This document shows, one piece after another, positions 1 through 12,619 of a DNA stretch of 64,000 nt (position 1 is the first letter of the stretch; the number at the start of each line of letters is the position of its first letter). This DNA comes from Caecitellus pseudoparvulus. Lineage: Eukaryota > Protista > Bigyra: Bicosoecida. The stretch is taken from NCBI GenBank assembly GCA_965644315.1, contig CBFFRQ010000029.1:1-64000 (forward strand), given 5' to 3'. The notes beneath the pieces are model-generated. The model was not told where the DNA came from and made no database searches. It saw only the letters and a program-made list of their open reading frames with translations. The position numbers were made by a program, and so were the translations under genes.

Positions 1-3000
1 CCTCCACCGTCGGCACCTCAGGCGTCGCCTGCACCATCAACCAGCGGTAGTACTCCACCTTGCTCGGCACACTGTCGCCCTCCGTCAGCTCCGTGCTTCG
101 AGCAGGCGCCGGCGCCACGCCCCGCGCAGTCACCGCCTTGGTCAGTCGGTACAGCCCCTCGGGCGTCTCTCTCCCGCCATCCCCACCCCCCGCATCATCA
201 CCCTTGCCCTCCAACACCGCAGCCTCAATGGCCGCGTGCAGGGGCCTGTGGGCCTTCGCATTTGCCTGCCCAGGCAGGGGTCCGCCACCGCCCTCCTCAT
301 CGTCTCCGCTACCCACCTCTCGCACCGGCTGTGCCAGACTCAGACGCAGGGGTGCCACGACAGGCTTCACCTTGGGCGGCGGGCGCACACCCGGCAAGAG
401 AGACACAGTTGACGCTCCACCCTCCTCCTCCGCCTCCGCCTCCACCTCCTCCTCCTCCTCCTCTGACTCCCACCCCTCCTCATCCGTGCTGGACAGCTCC
501 GATCCAGACGACGGCGCCCCATCCCTCGCCAACCGAGCCTCCAGCGCTGCACGTGCCGCAGCTGCCTCCGCCTCAGCCGCCGCCAAGGCTGCCTCACGTG
601 CCTCTGCACTGTCCACACGCTGCTGCACCTGGATCGCCACCAGGGTGTACCCGGGACCCAGCACCACATCCCGGATGCGAGGCACGCCCACACCCCGCCT
701 GCCACTGCCCTCACCACCCTTCCCGCCGCCCTCCACCCCAGCCTCACGCACAACCGACCCCGACGCACGGCCACCACCACCACCACCGCCGCTGCTGCCG
801 CTGCTGCTAGACTTTGTGGCACCTAACGCCTTGTGTTTGTGACTGCGCCCCGACGCGGCGCCGGCGGCCCCGCGCGCACCAGGGCGCTCCGACACCACCC
901 GCCGCGCCGCCGCAGGTGGCGTGGGCTGCACTGCCACGGCACCCGCTCGCACAGACCTGCCACTGCCACCCTGTGCCAGGACCGCCGCCACGCCCCCCAG
1001 CCGCACACGAGGCGAGGCAGAGGACACGCCCCCCACCCCCCCTGCGGCGAAGGATGCGCCTCCCCACGACGGCGGCCGCCGCAGACTCGGTGGACGGGGC
1101 AACCCACCACCATCAACGCCGCCGCCACCACTCGTCGCCGGCACACCTGTGCCCCCTTCCCCCTTCGCTTTCCTACGACCCTGCCGCTGCCGCCGACCGC
1201 CACCCTTGCCTCGCTTCCGACGCCCAGTTCCACCCGCCTCTGACGCACCACCACCGCTCGGGCCAGACGACACTCCTGACGAAACACCCTCACTGGCCTC
1301 CCCACCCGAGCTGGGCACACTCCCCCCCCCGATCGTGCTGTCGAAGATGCGGTTGCCGCTCGCGTACGCTGCCTTGTCAAACGTGCCCACATGCGTGAAG
1401 ACGTACCTGTCCGCCGTATCACGGCTGCCCAGCTCACACACGGCGTTGCGGCCTGCCACGTACAGTCGACCGTTCGAGTCCAGGATGCCGGACGAGGCGT
1501 GCCCCGCCGCCACGTAATCCACCATCACCCCCGCCTCCCCCAACGGATGCCCCGGCATGCCTTGCCACTGCACTGGGAACAACACATCCATGGAGCAGTC
1601 CCACTTCGCAGGCAGTGCCGCCATGCTGGCGGGACGGGGCGCAGCACCAACTCCCCCCTCGTACGCTTCCTCCTCACGCCGGGCCGCGGCAGCGGCCTGG
1701 AACTCCGCCTTGTGCCCCGACCCCCGCAGGAACATGCCGTAGATGCCCAGCTTGTCTCCCTCAGGCGCATCCCGGCGCACACCACCACCCCGTGGCGTGC
1801 GCCCTCCACCCCCGACGCCCGCAGACCCACTGCCCCCACTGCTCTGCCGCCTGTGCCGGGGCGTGCCGCTGGACCCTGCACCTCCCCCCTCCTCCTGCAC
1901 ACGCGGCAGGCCGTACCGCTGCTTCAGCTCCTCGTCATAGTCATCCGAGTCATCGTCCTCGCCCGCCACAGGTGCCACGCGCCAGCCGCTGGGGGGCAGC
2001 CCCAACCGACCATTCCCAGAATGCCCCCACACCCACACCGTGTGCCGCGCGTCCAGAGCCAGCGAGTGCTGAGACCCAGCCGCCACCTGCCGCACCACAT
2101 GCCGCGAGAAACCAGAGTGCGCCAACAGCTTTGGCGTGTACTGGTCGTCCCTGCACCCATGCCCCAGCTGCCCACGGCGGCCAACACCCCATGTGAACAC
2201 CCGCCCTGCCCGCGTGCACAGCAGTGTGTGCGCCTGACCCACCGAGATGCTGCTGGGGGCCCCGTGCTGCCGCTGCTGCTCTGCACCAAAGTACGTCACC
2301 AGACTCGGCACGTGGGCATCCGGGGACACGCCCCGCCCCAGACGGCCATCCGTCGCATCCCCAGCAGCCCACACACGCACCAAGGGCCGGCGCAGGGCTG
2401 TCTCGGCGTGCTCCCTCCATCCCCACGTGTGGGGCTGCTTCGCGCCCTGGGAGGCATCCCCCTGGCCCAACTCGTGTGGAGCGGCGTCTGGCTGTGGCCC
2501 AGTGGGCCCACCCTCCCGATCCACCAGCGCCTCCAGCGGCCCGCTCAGGGCAATGGTGAACCGGTCGCCACATGAGACGTCGATCCAGAAAGACGGCTGT
2601 TCACGCAGCACGACCCGTGTGCCGGTGGAAGAGGCTTTGTGGCTGGGGTGGTTGCGGCGGAGGGCGCTTGCGGGCGTGCTGACCCGCGGGGACACCAGCC
2701 CTGCGCCTGACTCAGACGCCACGACGCCTGCCGTGGCAGGGACGCCTTCCTTGCTTTCTTGCTCCCCCTCCTGGCTGGCAGCCGCTGCTTCGGCCACAGC
2801 CTGCGCACTTGCCGCGGCTGACATCTCCCACTCCGCCGCAACCCAGTGGTCTGACGGGCCAGAGACTGTGCCGCCCTCCAGCAAGGCTGGCACGGGCACT
2901 TCATGGGGGGTCCACACGATGTCCTGCAGGGCTTGTTTGCGTGTGGGGGGCCCTCGAGGGGGGAGCGGCCCTTGCCCTAGCCGACCGTACGTTCGCAGCC

Positions 3001-3711
3001 CACAGGTGAAAAGGCGGCCGGAGGTGGTGAGGAAGGCGCTGTGCTGCTGCCCACAGGCCACCTTGTGCACTGCCAGCTTGATGCTCTGGAAAAGCGGAAT
3101 GGGCGTCGGCACTGGCACGTGAAAGGTGTGGGGTGAGGCGATGGTGCCGTCAGGTGCAGTGTGTAGTGGGCGGGGGGGGATGAGGGCAGGCGCATCCGAC
3201 TCCTCCAGCAACTTGGCTGGTGGTGGGATGCCCAGCTGTCCGTGGGACCCTTCGCCCACTGCGAAGGCGCGCCCGTTCAGCTGGGACACCAGGATGGCGA
3301 ACTCGCCCCGAAGGCTAGGCTGGCCGCGGCCTCCTCGCAAAGGGTGCGAAGCGCTGTCGTCCCCTGCCGCAGAGGCAGTGTAGTTGAAGCCCGTGGCCAT
3401 GCTCTGCAGTTCGTGGGCTGGCAGCGCCCCCGTGAACTGCAGGGGTTGCTGGCGTCGCTTGTGCAGGGGCACATCCCGTGCCGGGCGCTGGCCAGTTTGC
3501 GCTGCCTTGGACGAAAAGGCTTCCAGCTGCGCGCTGGGCTCCTCCAGTCCCCATGGATTCACTTTTTCCGGCACTGGCATAGAAGTCTGTCCGTGCCATT
3601 GGCCCAGCATGAACAGCTGCGCGGTGGGGAGGCCGGGTGAGCGTGGCGGCGTCGCAGCGACGCCTCGAAACGGGCGACCCCTACCTCATCATATCTCTGG
3701 CGAACTGCCAT
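1..3711 (-). CDS. RCC1/BLIP-II repeat protein, 3' end beyond the window start; exon 1 3711-3685, intron 3684-3617, then a long open frame
   Basis: Not in the ORF track. Manual minus-strand translation gives several RCC1 motifs: VACGQQHSAFLTTSGRLFTCGLRTYGRLGQG, ISVGQAHTLLCTRAGRVFTWGVGRRGQLGHG, VAAGSQHSLALDARHTVWVWGHSGNGRLG, VAAGHASSGILDSNGRLYVAGRN. A 68-nt GTAGGG...CGCAG intron joins MAVRQRYDE to LFMLGQW. Confidence 0.85.
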
Positions 3712-4428
3712 GCTGCACCTGCTTCGGGGCGTTAGGTGGTCTTCACTGCCCCTTGATTTCTTCACAAAGCCTGGCTTTCGCCTCAGAGCAGTCTTCGAGG
3801 CAGCACCGGGCGGGGTGACGGCCGCCTGCGAATCGTTGTGCTGGTCTGAGCGCGTCTCAGGCTGACCGCACTGCACACGCCTGTATCGATCGTCACTGAG
3901 CCACACGTGCGTGGGTGGGCTGCTGGTGGGCAGCAGGCTGTTGTTTTGCCCTCGCCTGTGCATTTTGTTGAGCAAATGCAGATCCATGTCAAGAATCTGG
4001 AGCGAAACCCTGGTTAGGTGCATCTCGTCGTTGCCTCCGCTGCTATCCGTAGTTATCGGAGCCCAACCCAAGACAAACAATAAAAAAACCAACCCCCCAA
4101 CCACCTCGTAAACGACACACACACACCTGGACTGAGTCATCGCACATTTGTGGCTGTCCACGTGCATGCAGCACTTGGCGTGTGACAGGGACGCCGTGCT
4201 GGCGGCTGGCAGAGGCGAGAGCTGCAGCTTTGCCAGACATGGCGACAGCCATGGAGCATGCAGAGCCGCTGCTGGGTTCCATTCAGGACCCCTATGCTGA
4301 GGGGGCAGTTCGTCACCGGGTGCGTTGGGGAGTGCCATGCGTACGCTGCATCGCCTGCATTCCCTCCTAACCCTCGCTCGGCGCAGGGTCCAAGTGCAGT
4401 GCCGCAGGAAGGGCCAGCCTTTTCAGGC

Positions 4429-6391
4429 ATGGTGCTGTCCAAGCCGCCTCCACCTGTGACGTCTGAGATGGTGGAGAAGACCACTGCAAATAGCACCACC
4501 CGCATCATCACCACTATGCTCATCCTCGGAATTGTTGCGGTGCGTGTGGGCTTGCCTGGCTTTCCCTGACGCTGGAGCACACGGCAAACACATGCCCCTT
4601 CCGCAGGGCATGGCAACGGTGGTGGCTGTGCTGGGCAAGGACACGCCAGAGGGAGATCTCACTGTTATGACGTCATACGGCCCTCTGAAAGGCGGCAGCG
4701 ACGGCACTGCTCGCTTCTGGCGTGGCATCCGGTACGCCAGTGCTGGCCGCTTCGCGGCGCCTGGCCCGCCTGCCTCGTGGCAGTTCACGCGCCCGGCGAC
4801 GTCGCCGGGCCCCATCTGCCCCCAGCCAGCCCTGTTCGGCCACGTCCCACCGGCAGACTTGGACCAGTCCGAGGACTGCCTCACCCTGCGGGTGTTTGCG
4901 CCGCTGCACGCGCCCACGCACGTCACTGCCTCAGGCGCCCGTAAGGCCAAGCCCATGCCCGTGCTCGTGTTGCTAGCGGGCGGCGTAGGCGCAGGGGGGC
5001 ACACAGTGCTGTCTCCTGCCGCCGTCGCAGCTGCCTTGGGTGCGCCTGCCCCGGCTGCGGTGGCTGGCGCGGGCATGGCGGTGGGGTGGGCAGGAGAGGC
5101 GGGGGCTCTGGCCGCCACCACACAGTCCCTCGTCGTCACTGTGAACTACCGCGTGGGCCCCCTGGGCTTCCTGTCCCACCCCGGCCTGCGGGCGACGCAG
5201 GGTTGGTCTGGCAACCTGGGTTTGCTGGACCAGGCCGCCGCCCTGCAGTGGGTGCGCGCCAATGCGGCAGCGTTTGGCGGGGACCCCGACGACGTGACGC
5301 TGGTGGGTGTGGGGGCCGGTGCCACAGCTGCCCTGCTGCACCTGTCTCTGCCGGCCTCTGCAGGCCTTGCCAGGGCCGTGGTGGCTGTGGGGGGCAGTGT
5401 CACCTCCAATGGCACCATCACGCCCGCCACCGCCGCTGACGCCGATGGAGTTCGCTTTGCGACTGCTGCAGGCTGCACAGCCAAGGACCCACTACAGCAA
5501 GCCCACTGCTTGGCATCTCTGCCCGTGTCTGCACTCACAACCGTAGCTGCCAGTCCGGCGTGGGCGTGGGCATGGGGGCCGGTCCAGGATGGCGCGTACC
5601 TGCGTGGCGTGGACGCGGCAGCGGTGTTCCGGAACACCCTGGACCTGCAGGCTGCTACGACAGGCCTGGTCTTGGGTGCGCCTTCGAACTTCGCGGCGAC
5701 GCCGCTGCACTACCTCTTGAATGGGCCCACCGCCCCCCTGCAGCCAGCGCGGCCTGTCCTGCTGTCGTCGGCACAGGTGGGCAACATCACACAGAGGCAC
5801 TTTGCAGGGATGCAGGGAGGCGGCCAGGGCGTGCACCACCACTATGCAGGCATTCTGCCCCCTCTCACACCCGCGCCCAGCGCCGCCAATGTCCAGTGGC
5901 TTGCTCGAATTCTCTCCGACAGCGGCGGGGTGTGCGCTGCCAGGCGCCTGGCCCGTGCCGCCTGGCAGGTGAATGGGGGCGCATCTCGCCGCACAGACTC
6001 CGGGGGCGCCGTGGCAGGCTTCTTGGTGACGCTGTCCTCGCGCTTGGACAGTGTGCCGGCGGGGTGGGGCCAGGGCGGCGCAGGGGACAGCCTGCTCCCG
6101 CTCCTGCTGCAGCAGGCCCGCCCCGGCGCCAACGCCACCATGCCGGCACCAGAGGTCAACCTGGGAGCCATGCTGGGCCAGGCTCTGGCGGGCCTGTCTG
6201 CTGCCGCCCCTGCAGGTGGCAACATGACAGTTCAGGCGCCCATGGCAGGCGGGCAGCGGCACGCTCTGGCCTGGTCGGCGTGGGCGCCTGGGCAGCAGGC
6301 TTGGCTGGATGCAGCCCTGCCCCTGTCCACCGTGTCGTCGCTGCCTGGCACAGCCGCGCAGTGCGACTTCTGGGACGCGGTGACGCCGTGA
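4429..6391 (+). CDS. Type-B carboxylesterase/cholinesterase-fold protein with N-terminal membrane anchor, probably catalytically inactive; intron 4540-4606
   Basis: Family motifs FWRGIRYA, QSEDCLTLRVFAP, VVTVNYRVGPLGFL, GNLGLLDQAAALQWVRANAAAFGGDPDDVTL and a C-terminal CDFW. The nucleophile elbow reads GVGAG. The spliced N-terminus gives a hydrophobic segment IITTMLILGIVAGMATVVAVLG. Confidence 0.85.
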
Positions 6392-6678
6392 GAGAGCGGG
6401 GTGTTGCAGGCAGGGCAGCACTCGCCCCAGAGCACACCCGCAAGGGTCTCCCTGCCCCAGGCTCGGTGGCAGCCTGCAGACGCACAGGGCAAAATCAAAC
6501 GACGGAAATGCATGCATGCTGCACGCTGCAGTGCTCTCGCCTGACCTCGCCCGCACCTGCGATTTCCTGTCCGAGCTCGCCTTGGCGAAGGTGGCCAAGT
6601 GCACTGCACTTTCGCTGACCGCCACGCCAACGTGCGCCGCCACCTGCAGCGTGCGGAAGCCAGGCTCGCCGCGGGGTC

Positions 6679-8322
6679 ATGGCAGACGCTGACCCTCTTC
6701 TGCAGCGGGAGGGCAGCGGGAAGCTCACCCTCGCTGCCAAGGCCACTGGCACGGCGGGATTCGGCACCGTCACACCAAGGCTGCTGGTTTCTGTCGTGCT
6801 GGCGACGCTGGGCGCCTTCCAGTACGGCTGGCATGTGGCAGTGCTGAACACGCCCCAGAAGGTCATTAAGGATGCCATGGGCGCAGGGGACTTCATGTGG
6901 GCTGCAGTGGTGGCCCTCTTCGCAGTGGGCGGCTTCATCGGCACGCAGCTGGCAGCGCCGCTGGCCGACCACCTCGGGCGCGCCCGCGGCCTGACGCTGA
7001 ACAGCACCGTGTTCATCCTCACCGGCGCCCTGCAGTTCTGCGCAGGGCAATTCGCCAGCTCCTCCCACACTGCCGCGTACGCCCTCCTCCTGGTGGGCCG
7101 CCTGACGGCAGGCATTGGCTGCGGCATCGCCACCGTCATCGTGCCCATGTACCTCAGCGAGGTGGCGAGCCGGAACATGCGGGGCATGTTCGGCAGCCTG
7201 AACCAGTTCGCCGTCGTCGTGGCCATCCTCGTCGTGGAGGGCGTCGGCATCGTCATGGGCTCGCCTGCCCTGTACAAGTGGTTGCTGGCCCTCACCGCAG
7301 GGCTGGGGGGTGTCCAGCTCCTGGGGGGGCCCAGCCTCCTGGAGAGCCCGTCCTGGCTGGCCAAGCACCGGGGGCGGGAGCCTGCCTTGGACGTCCTCCT
7401 GGCTGCCCGTGGCTACAGCATGGTGGACGCGGAGGCTGAGCTGCGTGAGATCCAGGCCGCCGCCGCGGCCAGCGCTGGCATCCGCAGCCCCAGTGTCTGG
7501 GCGCTCCTGACCTCCCCCGCCTTCAAGGCCATGCGCTGGCCCCTGCTCATCGCCTGCACCCTGCAGCTCACCCAGCAGCTGTCAGGCATCAACGCAGTGT
7601 TCTTCTACTCGACGTCCTTCTTCGCAGGGGCGGGTGTGGACAACCCCACCCAGGCGTCGGTCATGGTGGCAGGCGTGAACGTCGTCGCGACGGGGGCGGC
7701 AGTGTACCTCATGGAGCGCGCGGGGCGGCGCAATCTGCTGCTCTCGGGCACCTCTGGCATGCTGGCCTCCACGCTGGCGCTGGTGGGCGTGCTGGCGTTC
7801 AAGGACGGCTCTGTGTCGGGGGTCAGTGTGGACAGCGGTGTGGCCAACGCCCTGGCCATCGTCTTCGTGCTGGCGTTCGTGTCTTTCTTCGAGGTGGGCC
7901 TGGGGGCCATTCCCTGGCAGATCGGCGGGGAGATCTTCCCAGAGGCGCCCCGCGCCACCGGCATGGGCATCGCCGCCGCTGTGAACTGGGCCGGCACCTT
8001 CACCGTGGGGCTGGTGTTCCCCACCATGCAGTCAGCCATCAAGCAGTACGCCTTCCTGCCCTTCGCAGCGGTGCTGGCGACGTCCCTGGTCTTCCAGATC
8101 GCGTACATCCCCGAGACGCGCAGCCGGACCCTCATGCAGATCCAGGCAGCCCTGCGGAGCTCAGCGCCAGCGTGCATTGGCGGCGGGGGCCACCGCAGCT
8201 CCACGAGCAGCTTCGAGGACGGTGTGCTGGAGGCGGTGCACAGGGATGACCTGGTGCTGAACGGCGGCCTCGGCCACCGCACCTCGGCCGTCTCTGCGAC
8301 GGACAGCGAAGCGGGCGTGTGA
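6679..8322 (+). CDS. MFS sugar porter (GLUT/SLC2A-like hexose transporter)
   Basis: About 12 hydrophobic segments and the motifs FQYGW, PMYLSE, ESPSWL, QQLSGINAVFFYS, ERAGRR, GLGAIPWQIGGEIFP and PETRSRT. Confidence 0.93.
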   Translation: MADADPLLQREGSGKLTLAAKATGTAGFGTVTPRLLVSVVLATLGAFQYGWHVAVLNTPQKVIKDAMGAGDFMWAAVVALFAVGGFIGTQLAAPLADHLGRARGLTLNSTVFILTGALQFCAGQFASSSHTAAYALLLVGRLTAGIGCGIATVIVPMYLSEVASRNMRGMFGSLNQFAVVVAILVVEGVGIVMGSPALYKWLLALTAGLGGVQLLGGPSLLESPSWLAKHRGREPALDVLLAARGYSMVDAEAELREIQAAAAASAGIRSPSVWALLTSPAFKAMRWPLLIACTLQLTQQLSGINAVFFYSTSFFAGAGVDNPTQASVMVAGVNVVATGAAVYLMERAGRRNLLLSGTSGMLASTLALVGVLAFKDGSVSGVSVDSGVANALAIVFVLAFVSFFEVGLGAIPWQIGGEIFPEAPRATGMGIAAAVNWAGTFTVGLVFPTMQSAIKQYAFLPFAAVLATSLVFQIAYIPETRSRTLMQIQAALRSSAPACIGGGGHRSSTSSFEDGVLEAVHRDDLVLNGGLGHRTSAVSATDSEAGV

Positions 8323-8559
8323 GTGTCGGGGGCACGAGTCACGGCGTGGCCCCTGCAGCTGCCCGCAGTTGCCGCACAACTTTAGAAATGTACTGCCTAG
8401 ATCACGGGCCAGCGAGACAGCCAGGGTCCAGTGCTGTGCCAACATTGCCTCTGCGCTGCGTGTGCCTTCCTCTCCCCTTTGTGGCTGCTCTGCAAGCTGC
8501 ACGCGCCAGACCACCTGGCCATCACGCCTGCATCACACCGCGCCGTGGGCAGTGCAGGG

Positions 8560-10402
8560 ATGAAGCTGTGCACGCTTGCCACTGCCCTGGGCATGGTACT
8601 TCTGGCAGCCGCCCGCCCAGGCATCGTGGACTCGTTGGAGTGCGCCGTGTGCGAGGTGCGTGCTTCGGCGTGGTGTGCCAGCGCTCCACGTGTGAGCACA
8701 CTTGCCTTGCCCCACGCCGCGATGTGCAGTCTTCAGCATTGGACGGCAACATCCAGGACTGCTGCTGTGATGCCCGGACGGTGGACGGCGCCAACAGCCA
8801 GCACTTCCTCCCCACGCTGGATGCGCTGGCGAAGCAGTGCGTGCGCGTGAGGCGTGGCTCGAAACGCAGTCGAAACTCCACGCGCCCCGTCGCCTGCTAG
8901 CCAGGCCATACTTCCGGTTCTTCAAAGCCGACTTGTGGAAACCGTGTGCTTTCTGGCCTGACGATGGACAGTGCATGCAGGTGCGTGGCAGTGCCAGCTC
9001 TGGCCCTGGCGCCCTGCGTTACCCTTCCACGTTGCGGCCACAGGAGGAGTGCGCCGTCTGCGAGTGCGAGCCAGATGACATGCCTCAGTCCTACGCGGAG
9101 GAACTGCAGCAAGGTGTGTGTGTACCTCTTTAGCACGGCCCATGCCCTCCCCCCGCCGCGCTCACGCCCCGTCGCCTCCAACCCGCAGCTCGGCAGGGCA
9201 AGCTGAAGGCACCTGCCGCACCGCCAGGGTGTGGCGCCACGTCCAAGGCTGCCACGTCCCCCTACGGGCCCTCTGGCATCACGCCTTCACGGGCCGAGGT
9301 GGGTTCCGACTTCAAGTCGTGGAACGTGGCGGAGGGCCCCCACGAGGCCAACGTGTGGACACTGCAGGACGAAGACAGCCCCACCATCGCCTACGTGGAC
9401 CTGCTGGTGAACCAGGAAGGGTACACCGGGTACGCTGGCCCCAACGCCGCCCGCATCTGGCGGGCCATCTACACGGAGAACTGCTTCCCCATCACCGGCG
9501 GTGCGGAGGTGCAGGACATGTGCCCGGAACAGCGCGTGTTCTTCCGCCTCATCTCGGGACTGCAGAGCAGCATCAACACCCACATCGCCCTGACAGTGGA
9601 CGAGGGGCGCCCTTCCCTGGACATGTGGCTGGAGCGTGTCGGCCGCTGGCCAGACCGCCTTGAGAACCTGTACTTCGTGTACCTCGTGCTACTACGGGCG
9701 GCGGACAAGGCCCGCCCCATCCTGCAAACCCTGCCGTACGACACGGGCAACCCGGTGGCAGACGGCGAGACGCGCCAGCTAGTGCGGCAGCTACTGGCGG
9801 CGCCGCAGCCTGACGTCCTCTCCGCCTTCGACGAGCGGGGCCTGTTCAAGGTGAGCCGTGAGGAGGTTATGGCTACCTGCCCCGCCACGCTGTCGGACCT
9901 GTCCGACCTGGCGGCGCTGAAGCGAGGCTACCTGGCGCACGCAGCGGCGAAGCAGGAGCTGCGGCAGCGCATGCGGGGCGCCTTCCGCAACGTTTCGCGC
10001 ATCATGGACTGCGTCGGGTGCGACAAGTGCCGGCTGTGGGGCAAGATCCAGTTCCTGGGGCTGGGCACGGCGCTGAAACTGCTGTTCGCGGAACACGACC
10101 AGGTCATCGTGGACAGCGCGGCAGGCATCGCGGCGGGGGAGGGCGGGTTGGCCCCCCCCTCCGACGGCGAGCCCCCCTTCGACCTCTCCCGCAACGAGGT
10201 GGTGGCGCTGGTGAACACCCTGCACCGCGTGTCCATGTCTGTGCAGGCGGCGAAGGACTTCAGGGGCCAGGACTTGCAGCGGGGACTGCAGCGTAAGGGC
10301 CTGCCGCTGCTGGCGGGCGGGGCTGGCGCCGTGCTCTTGGGGCTCCTCCTTCTGTGCCTGTGGCGTGGGCGCCGTGTTGCGCCAGCCAACAAGGAGGAGT
10401 GA
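8560..10402 (+). CDS. ERO1: ER oxidoreductin 1 (Ero1), 5 exons; introns 8656-8729, 8837-8904, 8981-9043, 9114-9188
   Basis: Signal peptide MKLCTLATALGMVLLAAA; GNIQDCCCD; PYFRFFKADLWKPCAFWPDDGQC; YVDLLVNQEGYTGY; RIWRAIYTENCF; FRLISGLQSSINTHI; RLENLYF; active site FRNVSRIMDCVGCDKCRLWGKIQ. All four GT-AG introns preserve the frame. Confidence 0.93.
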
Positions 10403-10585
10403 TGCGGCACAGGCCCGTCCAGCGGCACGCAGAGTGGGGGCCGGCAATTCATTTACATCGCTGTATCTGCTGCATGCACCCAGCTTGAGCGCTCCTCCCT
10501 CCGTGTGCTTGCCGTGAGGACTGGCATTGGCGGCGGACACCGAATTCCGCAGCCCACCCCGCCGAGCAGCGCATTCTGACGCGTC

Positions 10586-12587
10586 ATGGCCTCCAAGCAG
10601 CCCATCGTGACGGTACTGGACTACGGAGCAGGCAACGTCCGGTCCCTCATCAACGCCGTGCAGCATGTCGGGTGGCAGGTCAAGTTCGTGGAGCAGGCTG
10701 ACGACATTGTGCAGGCAGACATCCTCATCTTCCCCGGCGTCGGCGCCTTTGGCTCCGCCATGAAGTACCTGCACGAGTCAGGGTACCTAGAGCCACTGAA
10801 GCAGTGCGTTGCAGCGCTTGTCACCTCCCCCACGCGGCTGTGCGGGCTGTTTCGCGGGAGGGGCAGGCCTTGATGCGTTGCGGTAATTGGCTCCGCACCC
10901 TTTCCCGCCGACACGCGCGCCGCATCACAGGTACGTCATGGCCGGCAAGCCGTTCTTCGGCATTTGCATCGGTATGCAATGTCTCTTTGAGGGTTCCGAG
11001 GAGACGCCTGGTGTGGCCGGTCTCGGCGTCATCCCAGGCATGGTGGCCAAGTTCCCCACCGACGCTGGGCTGACCGTGCCACACATCGGCTGGAGCGGCG
11101 TGCGGTGGCCGGCGGGGCAGGAGGGCCTGGCCGGCACTCCCCTGGCCACCGCCCGCCTCACCACCGCCTCCAAGGTGTACTTCGTGCATTCCTACCGCGT
11201 GCCCGCCACCCCCGCCAACGCCGACTGGGCCTGCATGCTGACGGACTATGGCGCGCCCTTTCTGGCGGCAGTGGGGCGGGGCAACGTCCTGGCCACCCAG
11301 TTCCACCCGGAGAAGTCCGGCAAGGTGGGCCTGGACATCCTCAGGGCCTTCCTCGCCCACGCATCGGCTGTGGTGGCGACAGGCACCGGCCTGCCTGCTC
11401 GGAGTGGGAGCTGGGGAGCGAACCCCCCCCACACCACCCTCGCCCGCCGCGTCGTGGCGTGTCTGGACGTGCGGTCCAACGACGCAGGGGACCTGGTGGT
11501 CACGAAGGGCGACCAGTACGACGTGCGTGAGAAGGACGCCGGGCGGGGTGTGCGGAATCTGGGCAAGCCCGTGGACCTCGCGGCACGCTACTACGCGGAG
11601 GGCGCCGACGAGGTGGCGTTCCTGAACATCACGGCATTCCGAGACATGCCCCTGGATGACCACCCCATGCTGGCTGTGCTGGAGGCCGCCTCCCAGCAGG
11701 TCTTCGTGCCGCTCACCATCGGCGGCGGAATTCGTTCGTACACGGACCCTTCCGGCGCCACTTTCTCAGCGCTGGACGTCGCCAGTCGTTACTTCCGGGC
11801 CGGTGCCGACAAAGTCAGCATTGGATCCGACGCCGTGTACGCAGCTGAGGCGTACTTGGCCGCCAAGGCCGCCGGCACCCTGGACACCCGTGCCCCGACA
11901 GCCATTGAGCAGATCGCGGAGGTGTACGGCTCCCAGGCAGTCGTCATCTCAGTGGACCCCCGCCGAGTGTACGTGGCCAACCCCCAGGCTGCCCCCGACA
12001 AGCACGTGCAAGTGCTGCCGCCAGGCCAGAAGGGCCCAGCGGGGGAGCGCTTCGCGTGGTACCAGTGCACGGTGCGGGGGGGGCGTGAGGGGCGGGATCT
12101 GGATGCGGTGTCCCTGGCCCAAGCCGTGGAGGCGCTGGGCGCAGGGGAGCTGCTGGTGAACTGCGTGGATTTCGACGGCCAGAAAGCGGGCTTCGACCTG
12201 ACCCTCATGCGCGCCGTCACGGCAGCCGTGTCCATCCCCGTCATCGCCTCGTCGGGGGCAGGCAGCCCGGAACACTTCGTCGACGTGTTCCGCCAAACCC
12301 GTGCCGAGGCCGCCCTTGCCGCCGGCATCTTCCACCGGCGTGAGGTGTCTATTTCCGACGTCAAACGGGGCCTCACAGCCGCAGGCGTGCCTGCACGAGA
12401 TGAGAGCGAGGAGGGTGGCGGGGACGGGGGGGTGCCCACAGGCACATGCTGTGGCGTGCCTTCTTGGGCCCTGTGGGCGGCAGGAGGGGCGTTGCTGCTG
12501 GGCGCTGGCGCTGCAGCGGCGTTCCTGTACGTCCGCCCGAACAGCGCGGCCAAGGCGCCGGCACCTGCAAGCGGCAGCAAGCCTTGA
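10586..12587 (+). CDS. HIS7: Bifunctional imidazole glycerol phosphate synthase HisHF (glutaminase + cyclase); intron 10804-10930
   Basis: Glutaminase motifs [32 protein letters not shown] and QFHPEKSG. Cyclase motifs [68 protein letters not shown] and [10 protein letters not shown]. Confidence 0.95.
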
Positions 12588-12619
12588 CCTGCGCCTGTTA
12601 GGAATGCACGCAGACAGGA

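Noticed and set aside
60-3640. Many long plus-strand ORFs (e.g. 1391-2575, 2247-3122)
   Set aside because: Antisense shadows of the minus-strand RCC1 gene in GC-rich, stop-poor DNA.
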